Of a stretch of 13,147 nucleotides of DNA, positions 9,055-13,147 are shown in pieces; the stretch's first letter is position 1, and each line of letters starts with the position of its first letter. Location: NCBI GenBank assembly GCA_965226555.1, contig CBDDDG010000017.1, positions 1-13,147 of the forward strand, in the 5' to 3' direction. This stretch comes from Salinispira sp. (lineage in GTDB: Bacteria > Spirochaetota > Spirochaetia > DSM-27196 > Salinispiraceae). Below the pieces are notes generated by a model, which ran no database searches, was not told the DNA's origin, and saw only the letters and a program-made list of their open reading frames with translations. Made by a program: the position numbers and the translations under genes.

Positions 9055-9216
9055 ATATAATACATCGCTATTTTCGGGAATCTTATTCTGTATCATATTG
9101 TTGAGTATGGCGATTGTTTCTTCTGTGTATTCTTCTATTGTTCCAAGATTCTCAATATACATTATTGCAGAAATAACCCCGCCGACAGCCTTCAGTTCAT
9201 CGTTGCTGAAATTCTC

Positions 9217-9318
9217 ACTGAAAATTTTGCTCTGCAAAATTTTCCAATGAGCTTTCTCTCATCTATATTCTTGATTCTCTCAAGGTATAGAAAGTTTTGC
9301 ATTCTGCAAAACTTTGGT
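9217..9318. mobile_element. hairpin element E6, type I, 102 bp
   Basis: Absent from copy 1 (ATTCTC|AACGTTG). ACTGAAAATTTTGC...GCAAAACTTTGGT. Confidence 0.9.
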
Positions 9319-9450
9319 AACGTTGATCTGAAAATAGGGGGATATACAAATGCCTAAGTAAAGATATGATGAAAAATCTATTTTGCGGGGGTCAGAATTG
9401 ATCATTGGCGCTCCGGAGCAGGTGTATATGACAAGGGTGATTATCCGGTA

Positions 9451-9552
9451 ACTGAAAATTTTGCTCTGCAAAATTTTCCAATGAGCTTTCTCTCATCTAT
9501 ACTCTTGATTCTCTCAAGGTATAGAAAGTTTTGCCTGAGGCAAAACTTTATT
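9451..9552. mobile_element. hairpin element E7, type I, 102 bp
   Basis: Absent from copy 1 (CCGGTA|ATCGG). ACTGAAAATTTTGC...GCAAAACTTTATT. Confidence 0.9.
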
Positions 9553-9657
9553 ATCGGTTTTATTCTTCCCCGATGAGGAAATGCGTTCGGATAAGCGCTG
9601 GGCGTATGTGTATATTCTCCCGGGCATGGTGTTATCCACTGTCGACTGAAACTCAAT

Positions 9658-9888
9658 ACAAAACTTTTGCATTGGAAAATTGCGCGTGCGCAATTTCCAG
9701 TAGCAAAAGTTTCAGATTCGAAATGCTTTCTTTGTGCTTAGCATTCTCCTATTTTTAGAAAGTTTTGCCACTGAAAAATTGTGCTCTGCACAATTTTCCA
9801 ATGAGGGTTCTCTCATCTATATTCTTGATTCTCTCCAGGTATAGAAAGTTTTGCCTCAGGCAAAACTTTGTTGTGGCAAAACTTTGGT
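9658..9888. mobile_element. composite element E8, 231 bp: 129-bp type II with a 102-bp type I nested at 9770-9871
   Basis: Absent from copy 1 (CTCAAT|GATAAA). Removing 9770-9871 restores GAAAGTTTTGC-CTGTG-GCAAAACTTTG, the same hairpin as in E10. Confidence 0.9.
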
Positions 9889-10146
9889 GATAAAGTAGAC
9901 ATCGAGCGGTTTTAGTTTCCGCGCGCTATCTTTGAAACGGCATGTGGTTTTGTAAATGACATCGGAGATGGAATGCCTGAGTTCGCCTTTGTGGATAAAT
10001 TCAGGGTTGATTCTCAGCATACTCCCGGGAACAATGCTCCGCGCGAGGTCCTTGTTGAAATATGAGTATATGAAATCCCTGAATATCTGGGGATTTTCAA
10101 AAACATATTTCCAGCTTTGGTCGTGTACCATTCCGATATATTTTCC

Positions 10147-10232
10147 GCTCATACTATATAGACGGGTAAAATATGAACGGTGTATGACAAAATGAGAAAT
10201 TTTTGTAATTATTTTTATTATTTTGGGATATT
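10147..10232 (-). repeat. type-B rpn leader, copy 3
   Basis: Near-identical to 7249-7334 and 8271-8356; the putative -10 reads CATATT here. Confidence 0.85.
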
Positions 10233-10368
10233 ACAAAGTTTTGCTACTGAAAATTGTGCTCTGCACAATTTTCCAATGAGGGTTCTCTCATCTCTATTCT
10301 TGATTCTCTCAAGGTATAGAAACTTCTATAAAATAGGAGAATGCTAAGCACAAAGAAAGCATTCCTGA
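10233..10368. mobile_element. element E9, left part of an E4-like composite, fused to a GC-rich REP cluster
   Basis: Colinear with 8357-8493 up to GCATTCCTGAC; the right-hand hairpin is missing. Confidence 0.8.
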
Positions 10369-10420
10369 CCGGTCGCATGGCGAACCGGATGCGCTTGGGC
10401 GAGCAGGCCGAGCAGCGCCA
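10369..10420. repeat. GC-rich REP-like sequence downstream of rpn A2
   Basis: GCATGGCGAACCGGATGC...GGGCGAGCAGGCC resembles 5759-5788 joined to 5925-5940. Confidence 0.65.
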
Positions 10421-10421
10421 A

Positions 10422-10685
10422 TTACTGCGATCCGTTCCGCACTGTCCGCATTTCCTCATCGCTCAGCCCCGTAATTCTCTGAACAGCCTTGGTCGACAAC
10501 CCTTCCAAAAACATACTGCGGGCGTTTTTTCTCCGCTCCTCAATATGCCCCTCAGCACGACCTGTTCGCAGTCCTTTCAGAATGCCCTCAGCCCGGCCCT
10601 TTGTGATACCCTGCTCAAGACCCTCAATCCGGCCCTTCGCAATGCCTTCTCTGACAAAGGCGTTGGTAATATTATATGTCCGCAT
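10422..10685 (-). CDS. putative small C-terminal protein (RpnS-like), 87 aa
   Basis: AGGAG (10698-10694), 8 nt, ATG (10685): MRTYNITNAFVREG...GSQ. Confidence 0.6.
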   Translation of the reverse strand: MRTYNITNAFVREGIAKGRIEGLEQGITKGRAEGILKGLRTGRAEGHIEERRKNARSMFLEGLSTKAVQRITGLSDEEMRTVRNGSQ

Positions 10686-10698
10686 ACTGTTTTCTCCT

Positions 10699-10828
10699 AC
10701 TGAAACTTTTGCATTGGAAAATTGTGCAGAGCACAATTTCCAGTAGCAAAAGTTTCACATTTGGCAGGCCTCGTTGCGCTTGGCATTCTCTCATTTTGCA
10801 GAAAGTTTTGCCTGTGGCAAAACTTTGT
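10699..10828. mobile_element. hairpin element E10, type II, 130 bp
   Basis: Absent from copy 1 (TTTTCTCCT|CCAGGG). ACTGAAACTTTTGC...GCAAAACTTTGT, with a diverged central module. Confidence 0.88.
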
Positions 10829-11383
10829 CTAGGGAACAGTTCCCTGTCAATTTTCTCAAACTGTTCATACAGTCCCAAGTCCTTCAGGTAACCCAGCACA
10901 CTTTCTGCCAGATCAGTAAAGTCTTGTGAAGACAAACCGTTCAGGAGCTGCGCAATCTCTTTCAGCCCCTCAGCATCCATTTCATTGTCTCGCATTATAT
11001 ACCACAACGCAGTCGATGTATATCGTTTTCCATCGAAACGCCATGCCAACTGCCTCTTGTCCATTCGCCTCAGATCGCGCACAATGTACGATACTCTCGC
11101 CCTGACATCTACCGTGCCTTCGGTAAGGGATTCGGAAGCAGCATTTCCATGCGAACTATAAAATGTGAGTGGGAGGTTCCATTCCTTTTTTCCATGGTAG
11201 AGCAGCAGTATATAGATAGCATCATTTTCATTGTACACATTGCTGTTTCTGAGGGCATGCTGATAATTATCGATCTGTGCGAGAGCCTGTTTGTGCTGGT
11301 AGCTTTTATGTTCAATAATAAAAAGAGCTTTCCGCTCGGGGTCAGACAGGAAGGGGGCGCTGACAACGAGATCGCAGTGAAGG

Positions 11384-12447
11384 TGGGATATAAACCTTTG
11401 GACAGACCCCTCCTCCCCAGTGTAAAACGAAGGTTATTCGTATACACTGGGGGTTGTATAAAACATAAAAGGAGGGAAACAGTGAACAGTAGTATCACAT
11501 ATTCTCAGTATCATCTCAAGTCTCGGAAGTATCAGGCGGCTTCGATGTATGATTGGCGGTTGCGGATGGTTCGGTATGCCCAGGAGCATTCGATCAAGGC
11601 GGCTGCTCGGGAGTTCGAGGTGTCGCGCAACACGGTGCGGCGGTGGGTTCGGCGCTTTGAATCCGGCGAGGGGCTTGAAGACAAAAAGCGGGGCACGACC
11701 AATCATCCGATGAAGATGAAATTCGGGCACCGGTGTCATCTCGAGAGTCTTGTCCAGACCAAGAATCGGAATCACAACAAAATCATTGGAACTCAGGTGC
11801 AAAAGCAGTTGCAGACGGAAGTTGGCGGGAAGTACAGCCTGCCGACGATTATCAAGACGCTAAAGCAGATAGGGGCGCAGAAAACAAAGAAGCCGAAGGC
11901 GCTACCCAAGAGAGATTTGCGGGAGGTAACCGACAGGATGAAGTTTGGCGAGTGCATTCAGATTGATATCAAGTATCTGACGGACATTCCCGCTATGCGG
12001 TTTTCTCAGAAGTGTTTAGACGTTCCGAAGTACCAGATAACTGCCCGGGATCGGGCGACAGGGGCTCTGTGGTACGCCTTTGCCAATGAGAAGAGCAGTA
12101 TGGTAACAACCTTGTTCGCCGAGTACCTGCTGGAGCACCTGCGGAATCATGACGGAGACCTTGCCAAGGACATAACGGTTCAGACCGATAACGGGGCAGA
12201 GTTCACCGTTCGACATCTGAGCAAAACCCGAACATCGGGGTTTGAGCAGGCGCTCATACAGGCGGGTGTCGAGTATCGGCGTATTCCGCCCGGGCATTGC
12301 ACATGGAACAGTTCTGTCGAGTCCTCGCACCGGCTCATTGAGGATGAGTTCTACAGTCAGGTGATGAATCCAAAGCTCAATGAGTTTCTTAAGGAAGCCG
12401 AGGAGTATCAGATAGATTTCGATGTGGGAGGGCGAATTCAACCATAA
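11384..12447 (+). mobile_element. IS481-like insertion sequence, probably truncated on the right
   Basis: Begins where rpn homology stops. Leader hairpin CCCCAGTGTA...TACACTGGGG at ~11416-11453. No convincing matching right IR, and the rpn 5' part does not resume after it. Confidence 0.65.
11482..12447 (+). CDS. DDE transposase (HTH + rve integrase core), IS481-like, 321 aa
   Basis: SD AGGAGG at 11470-11475, GTG at 11482. HTH IKAAAREFEVSRNTVRRWVRRF; catalytic QIDIKY, QTDNGAEF and NSSVESSHRLIEDEFY. Confidence 0.88.
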   Translation: MNSSITYSQYHLKSRKYQAASMYDWRLRMVRYAQEHSIKAAAREFEVSRNTVRRWVRRFESGEGLEDKKRGTTNHPMKMKFGHRCHLESLVQTKNRNHNKIIGTQVQKQLQTEVGGKYSLPTIIKTLKQIGAQKTKKPKALPKRDLREVTDRMKFGECIQIDIKYLTDIPAMRFSQKCLDVPKYQITARDRATGALWYAFANEKSSMVTTLFAEYLLEHLRNHDGDLAKDITVQTDNGAEFTVRHLSKTRTSGFEQALIQAGVEYRRIPPGHCTWNSSVESSHRLIEDEFYSQVMNPKLNEFLKEAEEYQIDFDVGGRIQP

Positions 12448-12498
12448 GTGTAGCACATCTATTCCCTCGCCGATTCAAAATTCGTACAAAATTCACTT

Positions 12499-12557
12499 CC
12501 AGAAACCTTTGCATTGGAAAATTGTGCTCTGCAAAATTTCCAGTAGCACAATTTATA
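12499..12557. mobile_element. hairpin element E11, ~55-60 bp, degenerate, boundaries approximate
   Basis: GAAACCTTTGC-ATTGGAAAATTGTGC-TCT-GCAAAATTTCCAGTA-GCACAATTT; it supplies the TAA stop of the 12553-12792 gene. Confidence 0.75.
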
Positions 12558-12792
12558 TGCGATTTCTCTGGAAATTCTCTATAGACTTCATGAGGGATTG
12601 AATGTCTTTGCTCTGCTCCTGTATAACTTTTTTCAATTCCTGAATGTCGATTTGCAGGGATGTGACATCGTGCTTCATTACCGGTTCTTCGTCGCACTGG
12701 GCAATGACATTTACCAGCGCTTCCGATTGTTGGGAAGAAAAGCCGTTTTCAAGCAGTTTTTTTGATGCTTTTAAGGTATCAATCATAATCAT
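12553..12792 (-). CDS. small coiled-coil protein, DUF1640/CCDC90-like, probably truncated by E11
   Basis: N-terminus IDTLKASKKLLENGFSSQQSEALV fits the family pattern, followed by heptads (LQIDIQELKKVIQEQSKDIQSL). Confidence 0.65.
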   Translation of the reverse strand: MIMIDTLKASKKLLENGFSSQQSEALVNVIAQCDEEPVMKHDVTSLQIDIQELKKVIQEQSKDIQSLMKSIENFQRNRI

Positions 12793-12842
12793 AATTTATG
12801 TATACAAAATTCGGGAATGATTATCAATAGGAATCGTGTCAT

Positions 12843-12871
12843 TTGTGAACTGCGCTGAAATACGGTATATT
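12843..12871 (+). promoter_or_regulatory. possible leaderless promoter of the PBP gene
   Basis: TTGTGA, 17 bp, TATATT, 7 nt, ATG 12879; no SD. Confidence 0.45.
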
Positions 12872-12878
12872 TCAGGCA

Positions 12879-13147
12879 ATGAATAGCCCGAAACTCAACC
12901 GCCGCATGTACTATGTTATCATCTTTCTTGGTATTTTTGCCGCCGGCATTATCCTGCATTTCGGAAACATCATGCTCAGCGCCGATCCGCCGCAGCCGGC
13001 AACCATAACGGCAGAGGTTGAGCGCGGCCCCATACTCGACAGAAACGGACGCCTGCTTGCCATACAGTCCGAACTCCCGACCGTTACCGTCTGGAATCCC
13101 GATGTGGAGGACAGAGAAAAACTTGCCGGAACACTTGCCCAAATACT
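12879..13147 (+). CDS. 5' part of a class B penicillin-binding protein (FtsI/PBP2-like); runs off window, not in the ORF track
   Basis: MNSPKLNRRMYYVIIFLGIFAAGIILHFGNIML... gives one TM anchor, followed by the dimerisation-domain motif ERGPILDRNGRLLA. Confidence 0.88.
   Translation, partial: MNSPKLNRRMYYVIIFLGIFAAGIILHFGNIMLSADPPQPATITAEVERGPILDRNGRLLAIQSELPTVTVWNPDVEDREKLAGTLAQI

Larger units (their letters stand above)
8641..10152 (-). pseudogene. Rpn-like nuclease type B copy 2, split by four elements
   Basis: Segments 10152-9889, 9657-9553, 9450-9319, 9216-9055 and 8925-8641 join into an open 315-aa frame (88+35+44+54+94), colinear with copy 1. Confidence 0.9.
10422..11384 (-). pseudogene. 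Rpn-like nuclease type A copy 2: 5' end lost at the IS, frameshifted by E10
   Basis: LHCDLVVSAPFLSDPERKALFIIEHKSY is uninterrupted here. Homology to copy 1 ends at ~11384; about 60 N-terminal codons are missing. Confidence 0.88.

Noticed and set aside
7485..9888. TGA recoded as Trp or Gly, making the inserts translatable
   Set aside because: TGG/TGA and GGA/TGA alternate between copies, but the lipoprotein gene ends in TGA with a GTGA overlap, no housekeeping gene has an internal TGA, and E1's stop is TAG.
8368..10459. Small ORFs such as MENCACTISSSK and MQSKIF...
   Set aside because: Translations of the repeat elements or of rpn fragments, not independent genes.
5944..11384. Whole array as an assembly artefact
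   Set aside because: Copies differ by coherent, often synonymous substitutions and by precise filled/empty sites. Local chimerism cannot be excluded without long reads.
11149..11481. N-terminal 111 aa of the 432-aa ORF
   Set aside because: It is antisense to rpn A2 plus the IS leader; the SD and GTG at 11482 mark the likely start.
11384..12447. IS481-like transposase as mobiliser of the hairpin elements
   Set aside because: The IS left end shares no sequence with P or Q, and this family normally makes target duplications.
12789..13142. 117-aa minus-strand ORF
   Set aside because: Antisense shadow of the PBP gene on the plus strand.

Overview
Probably a spirochaete chromosome: it has an LIC_12708-type lipoprotein with a spirochaetal lipobox next to nnr. 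Bases 1-5739 are ordinary genes: the 3' end of a GIWSDGTTMWV-repeat protein, an ABC-2 exporter pair, the lipoprotein and the NAD(P)HX repair gene. A penicillin-binding protein starts at 12879. Between them is a ~7 kb accessory island holding a tandem, minus-strand array of Rpn/YhgA-like PD-(D/E)XK nuclease genes of two types (A1, a B remnant, B1, B2, A2), an IS481-like transposase and a DUF1640-like gene. The island carries at least 11 copies of a modular, nesting hairpin element (56-237 bp, mostly AC...GT ends, no consistent target duplication). Removing the elements exactly restores open full-length genes (A1 341 aa, B2 315 aa). Five of six independent intragenic insertions are 3n long and fall on codon boundaries, and two hit the same codon next to the catalytic Glu in the two divergent paralogues. 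All of them spare an internal SD+ATG that encodes a small C-terminal protein resembling the RpnS antitoxin. Family calls come from motif recognition only; no searches were run.
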